Positions 1 to 10,412 of a stretch of 64,000 nt of DNA are shown here, in pieces. The DNA is taken from positions 868,001 to 932,000 of the forward strand of contig CP142733.1 of NCBI GenBank assembly GCA_036630325.1. The letters are read 5' to 3'. Numbering within the stretch: the first letter of the stretch is position 1; the number at the start of each line of letters is the position of its first letter. Under the pieces are notes generated by a model. It saw only the letters and a list, made by a program, of their open reading frames with translations, had not been told where the DNA came from and did no database searches. The translations under genes and the position numbers were made by a program. This DNA is from Vairimorpha necatrix. Its lineage: Eukaryota.

Positions 1-217
1 TTGGCTATTGAAGTTTTTATTTGCTGGGTGGCTTTTCTTTAATAACAATAAAAGTTTTTTAGTTTTTTTTTTGTTATTACCAATCTTGATATTTTTTTTT
101 ACATGGTTTCATTTTATATTAATAATGCGGGTTCCAAACGGGCATGCGTCTGCGTTTTTGTTTATATTAATTTTTTTGCAATTAAATGAATACAATTATG
201 AAGATATTATTAATTTA

Positions 218-3200
218 TGTTATATATTCTTATATTTTTGATCCCCAATTATGATAAATAAATACATGGGGGCGATACCGAATCGTGAGTTAACAAGTGT
301 TGGCTGTAGTCAAGAGGCCAGAAGGTTATTAGAAGAGTTTAAGAGGATTGTTTATGGATTAGTATTGTCTGATTATGATTTTGAGAAAAATGTAAAGAAG
401 GAGATTTTTGATCTTGGAACTGATGAGTTGAAAGAATTTATGGTTAAGAATATTAAGATTGGAGATCATTGGAAAGTTATGGAAATCAAATTAGAGGAAT
501 TGGTTAAAGTACAGGAGGAAAAGGATATGAGATTACGGATGATTGAGGAGGTCACAAAGATGGTGGCAGAGGAGATTAGAAATATTAGTAGAGAGGAAAG
601 AATATTTAAGAAGAGAAGAACAATGAGATGTTATAATTGTTCAAGAATGGGACATAGGAGTCAGATGTGTTATTATAGATATAGAAATGTTAAAAATAAA
701 GACGAATGTGAGAGTATTAAAGAAGAAGGTAGCAGTAGCTGTGGTGAAAGGACTTATAGGAACACATGGGATGCTAAAAGACAAAAGAAACAAGAATGGA
801 AGACAAGAAATAAAAGATGTTATGATGAGGTAGAAAAAAACGGTCTAACATTAGAAGACATGAGAAAGAGGTTTAGGAACGTTATAGACAACGAAGAAGA
901 GAAAATAAGATATTGTAAAATTAAAAAATGCAGAATCAGAACTGAAGAAGGTAAGAAAGTTGTAAGGAAAGGTCAGCAGGTGCCACAAGCGCATAAAGAA
1001 GAGCTGAGAAAATATATTCAGAAGTTAGAGACAAGGAATGTCATAAGAAGATCGACGTCGGAATGGAGAAATCCGATTAAAGCTTTAATTAAGCCAGATG
1101 GAAGTATAAGACTGGTTAGCAATCTCATGGCATTAAATGATTTAGTGGAGAAAGACCCTTATGAATTAGTGAACATTAGAAATATCATAAGGAACACGCA
1201 AGGATCGAAGTTTTTCAGTGTTATAGACCTTAAAGAGGCTTTTTATGGAATCGAAATAGAAGAGCAAGACAAGCATAAGACTGCATTTGAGTATGATAAG
1301 ATAGTATATGAATGGAATAGTATGGTCATGGGGTTTAAAAACTCGCCTCAGATCATGCAGAGAATTATGAATAAGATTTTTGAAAAACATTTGGGTGGTA
1401 AAATAGAAGTATACATGGATGATATAGTGATTCATGCAAAGACTAGAAAAGAACATGATAAATTATTTGTAGAAGCGATGAAATTGTTAGAACGGAATAA
1501 TATGCGGATAAATTCAAAGAAAATTCAGTATTGCCAAAAGGAAGTCAAGTTATTGGGAGTTACATTAAACGGAGATGATATGATGCCGTCTGAAATCAAG
1601 AAAAACGAAGCACTAGAGTTTCCAACGCCGCAGAATGTGTCTGACATAAGAAGATTTTTAGGACTAAGTGGATGGTTTCGAGGATTTATTAAGAATTATG
1701 CGGAGAAGACATTATATATGACTGAAAGTTTGAAAGGTAAAAGTAAAGTATTGAATTGGACTGATGACTTAAATAAAGAATTCGAAAATATGAAGGAAAC
1801 GTTAAGAAGTATGAGTAAGTTGAATATTGTAAACTATGACAAGGAATTTTTATTAAGAACTGACGCGAGCAATATAGGAATGGGCGCAGTACTCATGCAG
1901 AAGAATGATAAAGAAGAGTGGGTGCCAGTACAATGGGCATCGAAGAAATTCACCCCGACGGAAACTAGATATGGTATAAGTGAAAAGGAAATGTATGCCA
2001 TATATTGGGGAATAAAGAAATTTGAGTATGAGTTAAGAGGACGAAAATTTAAAGTAGAAACGGATCACAAAGCAATGGCGGAAATAAGAAGAAAGCCGTG
2101 TTTTAATAATAATAGAATTAATCGATGGATTGAGAAGATCCAAGAATTTGACTTTGAAATAGATTACAGGAAACCAGAACATATGGTCGTGGCGGATGCT
2201 TTGAGTAGGATACACGAGGAGGTTGATCCAAGAAAAGAAATGATAAAAAAAAGAAGTGAGCGTCAAATTGAAGGTAAATGGTTGAAGCACGTCGAGACTA
2301 TAGACGGTAAAGAATACTGGAATTTTGATTCGGGGAGGAAAGCATTGATTCCTAAAATAAAAGAAAGAGATGAGCTTATGAGACGTTATCATGAAGAGCA
2401 TGGACACAGAGGACTAGGAAGCATGTATTATGCCATGAAGTTTGATTGTTATTGGCCAGGAATAATAGAAGATATAGTGAAAATGATAAAAAGATGCGAG
2501 GAGTGTCAAATTTACAATAGGAAAAAGTCTGGAGGATGTGATTTTGTTGCTACAAGCAGGTATTTAGAAAAAGTGGCGTTAGATTTAATTGATTTTAGAG
2601 ATAAGGGCAAATATGTATTAGTTGCGATAGATTACCATACAAGGATAGCGTGGGGATGTGTATTATACGATAAGAAGAGATCCTCTGTGGCCCAGTTTAT
2701 TGAGAACTTATGTAGAAATGGCAGGAGGCCGAAGGAAATAATAACGGATAATGGGAAGGAATTTGATAATGTTGACTTTAAGGATTTGTGTAGAAAATTG
2801 GATATTACCCATAATAAGGTGAGTGTCAAGTCTCATAGAAGCAATGGTAGAGTTGAAAGAGTTATAGGAACGCTTAGAGAGCTAATATTGAAAATGAGTA
2901 AAGAGACGGCGAGTTTTGAAGACATAGTGATGAAAAGCTTGAAAATTTATAATAATAGCTACCATGAAGGTATAAGAAGTACTCCCAATGAAGCGGTAAA
3001 AGACAATACGGGAAAAGTGATGTTATTAAATGGACCAGAAGGAGACTACAGTAAAAGATTTGTTAGAAGATATAGAGAGCGGTTTTTTGAAGGACAACGA
3101 GTAAGGATAGCTAAGAAAGAAAACATCAAAGGATGTAATAAATATGAAAAGGGAAGGTTTTTAGACGAAGGTATTATAATGGTGATATGCCCTGGGGACT

Positions 3201-3361
3201 CGTATGTTGTGAAGCTATCTAATGGGCGATATGTTAAAAGGAGACATTATGACTTGAAAAATCTGCTTGGGGTTAATGGTGATGTAGGAGACTAACCGTC
3301 TTATAGGGGGGATGTTATATATTCTTATATTTTTGATCCCCAATTATGATAAATAAATACA
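218..3361 (+). mobile_element. Intact Ty3/Gypsy LTR retrotransposon (element A, 3144 bp) with 49-bp LTRs
   Basis: Identical 49-bp TG...CA direct repeats at 218-266 and 3313-3361. 5-bp TSD ATTTA (213-217, 3362-3366). PBS TGGGGGCGATACC from 267. PPT AGGGGGGA at 3305-3312. Single ORF. Confidence 0.97.
251..3295 (+). CDS. Retrotransposon polyprotein: short Gag, CCHC knuckle, RT, RNase H, integrase; no protease motif seen
   Basis: CYNCSRMGHRSQMC knuckle. RT: VIDLKEAF, MGFKNSP, YMDD. RNase H: TDAS, EKEM, TDH. Integrase: H..GH..C..C zinc domain, LDLID, ITDNG, NGRVER. Confidence 0.95.
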   Translation: MINKYMGAIPNRELTSVGCSQEARRLLEEFKRIVYGLVLSDYDFEKNVKKEIFDLGTDELKEFMVKNIKIGDHWKVMEIKLEELVKVQEEKDMRLRMIEEVTKMVAEEIRNISREERIFKKRRTMRCYNCSRMGHRSQMCYYRYRNVKNKDECESIKEEGSSSCGERTYRNTWDAKRQKKQEWKTRNKRCYDEVEKNGLTLEDMRKRFRNVIDNEEEKIRYCKIKKCRIRTEEGKKVVRKGQQVPQAHKEELRKYIQKLETRNVIRRSTSEWRNPIKALIKPDGSIRLVSNLMALNDLVEKDPYELVNIRNIIRNTQGSKFFSVIDLKEAFYGIEIEEQDKHKTAFEYDKIVYEWNSMVMGFKNSPQIMQRIMNKIFEKHLGGKIEVYMDDIVIHAKTRKEHDKLFVEAMKLLERNNMRINSKKIQYCQKEVKLLGVTLNGDDMMPSEIKKNEALEFPTPQNVSDIRRFLGLSGWFRGFIKNYAEKTLYMTESLKGKSKVLNWTDDLNKEFENMKETLRSMSKLNIVNYDKEFLLRTDASNIGMGAVLMQKNDKEEWVPVQWASKKFTPTETRYGISEKEMYAIYWGIKKFEYELRGRKFKVETDHKAMAEIRRKPCFNNNRINRWIEKIQEFDFEIDYRKPEHMVVADALSRIHEEVDPRKEMIKKRSERQIEGKWLKHVETIDGKEYWNFDSGRKALIPKIKERDELMRRYHEEHGHRGLGSMYYAMKFDCYWPGIIEDIVKMIKRCEECQIYNRKKSGGCDFVATSRYLEKVALDLIDFRDKGKYVLVAIDYHTRIAWGCVLYDKKRSSVAQFIENLCRNGRRPKEIITDNGKEFDNVDFKDLCRKLDITHNKVSVKSHRSNGRVERVIGTLRELILKMSKETASFEDIVMKSLKIYNNSYHEGIRSTPNEAVKDNTGKVMLLNGPEGDYSKRFVRRYRERFFEGQRVRIAKKENIKGCNKYEKGRFLDEGIIMVICPGDSYVVKLSNGRYVKRRHYDLKNLLGVNGDVGD

Positions 3362-3851
3362 ATTTATATTAAAAATATTAATAGTGGAAATTAGAGTAAT
3401 TAAGCACGACTATCATTAAGGTCGATATCTAATATTATACTTATGTTCTAAATGCATTACTTACAAAAATCAAGAACAAAATTAGTTGTATACATGATGA
3501 CAAAATCTCGCATTACTTTATACAAGAGATGTTATCAAATAGTTTATTTCCGCATATATTTATTGCACAAAAAAGACTTTAGAGTGTAAAGCGAATCATT
3601 GAATATGAGTCTACTTCCAGAAAGATCTCTTTATGCGATAAAATGAACCATTATGGTTTCGAGCTTCTTAAACAAAAATAAAAAAAATTTCAAATAAGAA
3701 GTGCGCAATGAAAAAAGCCTTTCGAGCATTTTAACAATAATAATAGGAATTTCAAAACAAATACAATATTATTGATGCATCACAATAATAAAAATTAGAC
3801 ATAATTAATGTCGTAGTTTTTTTAAAAAATTTATTTATTTTTTATCTTTTT

Positions 3852-4964
3852 TCATCCTATATAATATTTACTTAGTTCTATTGTTTTCGTATGGTATGTT
3901 ATATTTTCTGTCATTATTATTATTCTTATTTCTCGTATATTTTTCTCTACTAATTCCCTTGGTAAGATATAAAATTCTACTGTCTCATTTTTTTGCTTAA
4001 CCATAGAATCAATCTTTTGTTTTCTTTTTATATCTTCAATATAGCTAGATTTGATTCTTTTTATTCCTTTTATATTAAATGTGAGCACTACACATCTTTC
4101 CCCTACTAATTTTTTTGGCACTCTACACAATCCATAAATATATAAAGGACATCCTGGCCTTATAGTCAAATTCAGAATATTAAAAACATCTTGTAATATA
4201 AAAAATCTAATTTTCTCTTTTAAATCTTCTTGGTTTACAGAATCAAATTTTAAATAATGATTTAGTATTTTTTTTCTTATAAATGTTTCTGTAGTTCTCT
4301 GTATTAGTTTTATTATTCTGTTTATCATATCTGATTTATTATTCTTCATTATTACTATCAAGGTAGTAAAGAAGCTTATCCACAATGAATCATGTAATTG
4401 TATTATTATGAATGTGTACATATCATTAAATATTTTATGTTTTAGTAGATGACTACAATATCTATAATTTGTTAAGAAGTTATTAGATGCCAGAATGTAT
4501 TCCATTCTGTTGTCTTGTATTCTCATTTGATCAATTATATCGTAAAATATGTCGTCTGTATAATTTGACTGAACATTTAGATTTACAAAAAACCCTTCTT
4601 CATTTTGAATATTAATAAAGAATGCGGGAAGTTTATTAATGTAAATATGGTCATTATTTATATGTTTGACGATGTTTTCTGGGTCTATGTATGTGGCCTG
4701 GTTAAATGACACGAGTAACTGAGCTGTTTCTATAAGGCGATTGTCTTGTTTCCGAAAAATGTAAAGAAAACTACCGCAGTGGATATCTTTACAGATGGCG
4801 AAGTTATCGGGAATATTAGTGTTACAGGGTAAGATGGAATTTAAATCATAAGAATGAATTAGATTTAAGTCTATTTTTATTATAGAGTGGATTTCGGGAG
4901 AAATTTCGACTATCGAAAGGGAATATATTCGGAACAAACAAAATTGTAAAGTAAACAAAATCAT
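3852..4964 (-). CDS. Hypothetical protein with probable signal peptide
   Basis: Long ORF. ATG at 4964 directly preceded by CCC (alternative ATG 4970). Hydrophobic N-terminus MILFTLQFCLFRIYS. No family recognised. Confidence 0.7.
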   Translation of the reverse strand: MILFTLQFCLFRIYSLSIVEISPEIHSIIKIDLNLIHSYDLNSILPCNTNIPDNFAICKDIHCGSFLYIFRKQDNRLIETAQLLVSFNQATYIDPENIVKHINNDHIYINKLPAFFINIQNEEGFFVNLNVQSNYTDDIFYDIIDQMRIQDNRMEYILASNNFLTNYRYCSHLLKHKIFNDMYTFIIIQLHDSLWISFFTTLIVIMKNNKSDMINRIIKLIQRTTETFIRKKILNHYLKFDSVNQEDLKEKIRFFILQDVFNILNLTIRPGCPLYIYGLCRVPKKLVGERCVVLTFNIKGIKRIKSSYIEDIKRKQKIDSMVKQKNETVEFYILPRELVEKNIREIRIIIMTENITYHTKTIELSKYYIG

Positions 4965-5424
4965 GGGCATGATTTTTGGAGTAAATTTATAATTAAATAA
5001 GGCCAACCTTAATCAAAAATGAAATATATAAATTATTTTGATTTATTCAATACGTTGGCCTTGAAAATAAATTTGTCGTATTTTTATAAACCAAGAAGGT
5101 TTATAAATTAGTACTATATTATTTTCGTCGGATAACTATAAATAGCAATATTATTATTAAATACCCTTATGTCTACTATTCTCAACACTTTAAAGATCAT
5201 TAAGTAAATTTGTCTTATAGTCGTCATTTTACACATCTAATGAATTTTGAATGTTGTCCAATTGAATTCATTTAATTGGATCCAAGTCTGAATTACGCAG
5301 TCTCAATACCATCATATAATTCGCTTCTCTTTTGTTCTATGCATAATTTTAGTGTATTTATTTACAAAGACTCTCTCTTGACATTTGATCCTCTTTATTT
5401 TGAAAGTTCGTTGTTTTTTACCCC

Positions 5425-5535
5425 ATGGATAATTTCCAAGAGACAAATTATTTTTTCTCAGATTTAAAAACCATGAAAGATGAAAACAGTAAAAAGTTAG
5501 TGGAATTTTATAAAAAGCATTACAACATTGAATAA
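5425..5535 (+). CDS. Candidate small protein (36 aa, MDNFQETNYFFSDLKTMKDENSKKLVEFYKKHYNIE)
   Basis: TTTTTTACCCC directly before the ATG. Stop codon overlaps AATAAA. Below the ORF-track size cutoff. Confidence 0.35.
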   Translation: MDNFQETNYFFSDLKTMKDENSKKLVEFYKKHYNIE

Positions 5536-5686
5536 ATAAACATTGAAAATATTTTTAAAAATTCATCTATATAATTCTTGTATATAATTCATTATAATAT
5601 AATGCTAATATGATTCAATTTAAATATAATGTCTTAACGATTCAATTAAAATAAAATTCAAATATAATTTGTATTTATAAAATGTT

Positions 5687-6550
5687 TTATTTCATTTTTC
5701 TGTTTATTCTTATGTTGTTGTATAACAATCTATTATTTTTTATATCATCTCCCCAAAACTTCATATAAAAAGGCGTACACAAACTTCCAAATAAATGCCA
5801 CATAGCATGAGAATCTATTAAATAAGAATAAGGCGGCAAATCTTGTATTTCAATATATCCCGCTAAAAAAAACAACCCCGTAAAAAATAAAATATTTTTC
5901 GCGTATTTAAAATTTTTATAATTTTTATAAATAAAAAAGTTAAAACTAAGTGTCAAGATTATTATTATTAAACAAGAGAACTTATTAAAAACATAATCAA
6001 AATCTTGAGCCATTTTAGAAACATGAAAAATATAATAAGAAATAAATATACTTCTTAATATCTTTCTAGTTCTTAATTCCAAATTATAAACTAGTGCTAG
6101 TCTCATTATTGACATATAAAGACCGAATAAAAGCACTAAAATCGCGAAGAAATAATCCATGTTTCTTGTCAATGTATTCTCGTGTATATGAAACAAGGTA
6201 CTGGAGAGAAAAGCCATATTGGTGATTAAATATTGTAAAATGAAAACTGATCTGAGTTTTAAATGACGCAGATTTGGTTTTATAAACGAGTTATAAGAAA
6301 TTATATTGATTAAGAAATTTGTAAATGAAAATAAAGAAGAAAAAAACTCAGTCATGCCTAAGATGGGGCAGAAGCCCCATCTTCCATTTCTTTTTATGTT
6401 TTTAAGGTTTAGATCTTTGAGACAGAAATAATGACACATGTTGTTTATTTTTTCTGAGAGGGATCTATTGAAAATTGTGTCCAGTAAATTTACAGTGACA
6501 ATTTGACTGAGATCTGAAGAGCATTTCTCTGTACATTTGTAGTAGACCAT
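5687..6550 (-). CDS. PER1: Per1/PGAP3 GPI-anchor remodelling protein
   Basis: N-terminal CxxxC, GRWGF..ILGMTEFFSSLFS, STLFH, MDYF, EIQDLPPY..LIDSHAMWH. Multiple TM segments. ATG 6550 follows a CCC motif. Confidence 0.9.
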   Translation of the reverse strand: MVYYKCTEKCSSDLSQIVTVNLLDTIFNRSLSEKINNMCHYFCLKDLNLKNIKRNGRWGFCPILGMTEFFSSLFSFTNFLINIISYNSFIKPNLRHLKLRSVFILQYLITNMAFLSSTLFHIHENTLTRNMDYFFAILVLLFGLYMSIMRLALVYNLELRTRKILRSIFISYYIFHVSKMAQDFDYVFNKFSCLIIIILTLSFNFFIYKNYKNFKYAKNILFFTGLFFLAGYIEIQDLPPYSYLIDSHAMWHLFGSLCTPFYMKFWGDDIKNNRLLYNNIRINRKMK

Positions 6551-6994
6551 AAAAAAGAGGGTATTAAACAAAAGAACAACCTAATTATAATTAAGAAGCG
6601 AGTTTATTTTTATATTGAAACACCTGTCTTCAATAACTTTTTATACTTATGCTTTAATTAAAAATTACATATTTAATAAACTTAATTAAATTAGACATGC
6701 CTATATAAAATAAACTTAGTTAAAATATATTCACATTTTAAACTTTAAATGAAGCTTACACTCTCTATTTATTTTAACATTGATTTAAAGTTAAAAAGAT
6801 TTATTTTTTTCTTTTCTCACTTTGTTTGTTTTTATGAGTTTGTTTGTTTTATAGAAAAAAAGTATAAATTCAGAAAATTCCGCATAATTTTACAGAACAG
6901 AAAAAAGTATCAAATATTTTCTATAAATGAAAAGTAGTTACTCATACATTACATTTTATCCACATATTCCTCTGAATATGTATACTATCTTCTC

Positions 6995-7055
6995 TCTAGA
7001 GACAAGTCTCAGTTTTGATTGAGTATGTCAATCAAAACTGAGACTTATTTCTAGA
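6995..7055. repeat. Long inverted repeat / hairpin
   Basis: AAGTCTCAGTTTTGATTGA-GTATG-TCAATCAAAACTGAGACTT is a perfect 19-bp stem, extended by terminal TCTAGA pairs. Confidence 0.9.
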
Positions 7056-7180
7056 TAAAAACAAACAATAATTTCCACATTATCAATTGCATAAATCATC
7101 ATAGTACATCACAATCATACTAATAGACATTACCACAATATATATCTTTATTGTTATAATGTTTCATGTTTTTTATCCCC

Positions 7181-8467
7181 ATGGAAGATGCTGAGTTACT
7201 CATCAAGGAATTGAGAATTGACAATGAGTCTCTTCTTTCTCCTAATTATAATCCTCTGATTCAAATGTATGAGAACAAGAAATCCACTATGTCCTTTAGA
7301 AATACTTACCATAGAGTAGAGAAAGTCATGGAGAATATTATAAATCTGACTTATAAAGGATTCAGTGACAGTGTCTTGTCTTACATGGAAGTATACAATA
7401 TTAATAAGAAGAATATTCTTCTTCTTTCTGATGTACTGAGTTCTCTAAGTACAATCCACTCTACTTCTTTCAATACTGAAGATGTTGTTTTTATTTATAA
7501 TAATACTAAGTATCTGAAGTATAAGTGTGATGTAGTGGATTCCTTAGTAGAGTTGAATGAGTTAGTTAATAATAAATCAGGAGAGTCTTCTAGTTCTAAT
7601 TTATTTAGAGCCAAGGAGATTATTAAGGAGAATAAGTTGTATTGTATAGAAGGTATAGATTTATTGAGGAATGAGATCATTAAGGAGATAAATAGAGTCA
7701 TGACTAGAGTGTATAGTAAAGTACAGGAGTATATTTACAAGGATAAGATAGAGAATAAGGAGTACCTAAGGATTATCAAGGTCTATAAGAAGATAGACGA
7801 GTTTGATAAATATTTACTAGATAATTCTACAAGATATAATATAGAAGATATTGATGACGTCATATCCAATATAAGTTATATTAATGATTATTTTGGTAGA
7901 GAATTGAGTATTACTTCCAAGTTATTAGAGAAGTCTGTCTCTTCTCCTGTCTCTGATGACAATACATTCATGATCTTAGAGGATGAAGTCTTTACTAAGG
8001 TAGACTTAGTCACTAATACTCTTGTTTTCCTCAGATATATTTCTGATACTACTAATATTAATATTCTGTGTAGTAGAATAAGGGAGATATACAGACACAG
8101 GGAGATTACTCCTTATCTGATTAATACATTAGTACTAGTAAATAAGAGATATAATTCTGAGAAGATTACTGTACTTATAGACAAGTACAGTAAGATTATA
8201 AATACTAGTACCAAGGAAGAAGTGATGTATCTCTTTGATATGTTCTACAGAGAAGGAGACTACACTAGTGACTATTATATAAAGAAGATCATAAAGACAA
8301 TTATCAAGGAAGAAGATATAATCAATGTAGGGGAGATAGTAAAGAAGATGAATGAATATATAAAGAAAGAAGTAGACAAGACCAAGAGTAGTGGGGCATG
8401 GAGGGAGAAGATATATTTACTAGATGAGATACTAGCAGAATACACAGACGAGGCACTTATTCTCTGA
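7181..8467 (+). CDS. Helical protein resembling the N-terminal region of exocyst subunit Sec8 (shortened)
   Basis: ATG 7181 after CCCC. NYNPL and NIINLTYKGFSDSVLSY resemble the Sec8 N-terminal pattern (recalled, not searched). Confidence 0.55.
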   Translation: MEDAELLIKELRIDNESLLSPNYNPLIQMYENKKSTMSFRNTYHRVEKVMENIINLTYKGFSDSVLSYMEVYNINKKNILLLSDVLSSLSTIHSTSFNTEDVVFIYNNTKYLKYKCDVVDSLVELNELVNNKSGESSSSNLFRAKEIIKENKLYCIEGIDLLRNEIIKEINRVMTRVYSKVQEYIYKDKIENKEYLRIIKVYKKIDEFDKYLLDNSTRYNIEDIDDVISNISYINDYFGRELSITSKLLEKSVSSPVSDDNTFMILEDEVFTKVDLVTNTLVFLRYISDTTNINILCSRIREIYRHREITPYLINTLVLVNKRYNSEKITVLIDKYSKIINTSTKEEVMYLFDMFYREGDYTSDYYIKKIIKTIIKEEDIINVGEIVKKMNEYIKKEVDKTKSSGAWREKIYLLDEILAEYTDEALIL

Positions 8468-8746
8468 CAAATGTATACTGGAAAATATCTTATAACAATT
8501 TAATTATTCAATATTAATATGAACATTGAATCTTATGGCAATATTCATAGATAATATTTCATATTGTATAATTATTTGCTAAATTTCATTGTTGCTCTAA
8601 TTTGACATCTCTCTTTTGTTTATTCTATTTAGTTCCCTTTTCATGCAGTTTTATATTTAATATAGTAAATTAATACTATAATATTAATATTATGTTCATT
8701 TGTCTTTTTTTTTGGTTTTATTTTTTCTTAAAAATATACCCCTTAA

Positions 8747-9961
8747 ATGTCATGTGAAAATAATGAATCAAAACAATTAAAAATGTACCACAACTGGGAA
8801 GACTACAATCTGGATGAAGATCTAGTCAGAGGAATTTATAATATGGGCTTCGAGACACCAAGTCATATCCAGAAAGTGGCCATTAAACCAATCATAGATG
8901 GTAAAGATATCAGAGCTCAAGCTCAAAGTGGTACTGGGAAAACAGGAGCATTCGCCATTGGCTCTTTACAATGTGTAGACAGAAATCTCCCCTGTACTCA
9001 AGTACTAGTCATAGTCAGTACTAGAGAAATAGCAGCCCAGAATGCGAGTAGATTTAAAGAAATCTCAATGTACATGGGAATAAATGTCTGCTTACTAAGT
9101 GGAGGATCTTCTGTCTCTCAAGATATTAATAATCTTAATATTAACCCCCATGTAGTGGTAGGGACACCAGGAAGAGTAGACCAGATGATTCAACAGAATC
9201 ATCTGAAAACTGATAAGATCAAATTATTCGTAATAGACGAAGCAGATGAAATGTTACAGAGTGGATTCCAGGAACAAGTAAAATCAATATTTAAAAGTCT
9301 AAACAGGAATTCAGTCCAAATTGCCATGTTTAGTGCGACTTACGAAGAAGAAGAACTCAGAGTAAGCGAAGAAGTCTTAAAAGACCCCGTAGTCATCGAC
9401 TTAAGACAAGATAACCAGACACTGGCGGGTATACAACAATTCTATATAAATCTAGGAAAAGACGAGTCCCCAAGGAAAGATGACTACTCAGTCAAGTGTT
9501 CTACACTAGTGGATTTATTAAAGAATTATTCTTTCGGCCAGACTGTCATTTTCGTGACTTCTAAAATCAAGGCCAATTTTGTCTACAATGGTTTAATGCA
9601 GCATGAAATCCCCTGTGAACTTATAAGCTCAGATTTGACTCAATCTCAGAGGGTCGAAGTCTTAGACAGATTTAGATCTGGGGCTAATAGGATCCTGATT
9701 TCTAGTGGGCTACTGAGTAGAGGAGTGGATATACAGAATCTCAGTGTAGTTTTCTGCCTTGATGTCCCCAGTGAAGATAAGAAGAGTACTTATATTCACA
9801 GGATAGGAAGATCAGGGAGATATGGAAAGAAAGGATTTGCTATTAATATTTTACATGAGCATGAATTTTTAAATTTGACTAAGATTGAGAAGTTTTATAA
9901 TACTAAAATAGTGCAACTTGCTCATTATCATTTAGAACAATTTAAATTAAATAAAGAATAA
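8747..9961 (+). CDS. TIF1: Translation initiation factor eIF4A (DEAD-box helicase)
   Basis: Q motif GFETPSHIQ, AQSGTGKT, STREIA, TPGR, DEAD, SAT, RGVD, HRIGRSGRYG. 404 aa. CCCC before the ATG. Confidence 0.9.
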   Translation: MSCENNESKQLKMYHNWEDYNLDEDLVRGIYNMGFETPSHIQKVAIKPIIDGKDIRAQAQSGTGKTGAFAIGSLQCVDRNLPCTQVLVIVSTREIAAQNASRFKEISMYMGINVCLLSGGSSVSQDINNLNINPHVVVGTPGRVDQMIQQNHLKTDKIKLFVIDEADEMLQSGFQEQVKSIFKSLNRNSVQIAMFSATYEEEELRVSEEVLKDPVVIDLRQDNQTLAGIQQFYINLGKDESPRKDDYSVKCSTLVDLLKNYSFGQTVIFVTSKIKANFVYNGLMQHEIPCELISSDLTQSQRVEVLDRFRSGANRILISSGLLSRGVDIQNLSVVFCLDVPSEDKKSTYIHRIGRSGRYGKKGFAINILHEHEFLNLTKIEKFYNTKIVQLAHYHLEQFKLNKE

Positions 9962-9974
9962 TTTTAAATTTATT

Positions 9975-10215
9975 GTATGATATTATAATGCTTTATATTG
10001 AAGTTATATTGAATTTATTTCGAGTTTATTTTATATGATACTATTAATACTTTATTATGAGTTTGTTATATAGATATTATTAATGCTTTATTATGAGTTT
10101 GTTATATATAATGTTATTAATACTTTATTCAAGTTAATTTTGAAGTTATATTGAGTTTATTTTGTTTTTATTTTGAAGTTATATTAAGTTTGTTATGAGT
10201 TTGTGATGAGTTTGT
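9975..10215. repeat. Imperfect AT-rich tandem repeats
   Basis: Recurrent TATTAATRCTTTATTATGAGTTTGTTATATA and TGAAGTTATATT units. Confidence 0.6.
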
Positions 10216-10412
10216 TTGTTTCAAATTCGAAAAAAAATATTCCGCATAAACACCATAAAGAACAAATAATTAAATTTTGTTTTTTTTCTATACATCCATT
10301 TCTATTGGTAGACCATTTGACACATTATATAATTTCATTATATTTTGACACATTATTTCTATTGGTTATCTCCTTTTTGTTTTCTTTAAATATTCCTCCC
10401 CTATTATTTATT

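Noticed and set aside
8-241. 77-aa ORF and the many 60-140 aa ORFs antisense to real genes
   Set aside because: Low-complexity F/I/L-rich or shadow frames of coding genes, mostly with non-ATG starts and no CCC motif.
2300-2350. FDSGR motif in both A and C polyproteins as a relocated protease active site
   Set aside because: It lies in the short linker just before the integrase zinc domain, with no room for a retropepsin fold and no downstream ILG-type motif.
5169-5400. U3 snoRNA-like ACTTT..GATCATT, or an intron-containing gene from ATG 5169
   Set aside because: The match is too short, no convincing B/C/D boxes were found, and the spliced product resembles nothing I recognise.
10203-10412. 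N-terminal 70 aa of the ORF-track ATPase 5' ORF
   Set aside because: The CCC motif and homology point to ATG 10413; the upstream part is AT-rich intergenic sequence.
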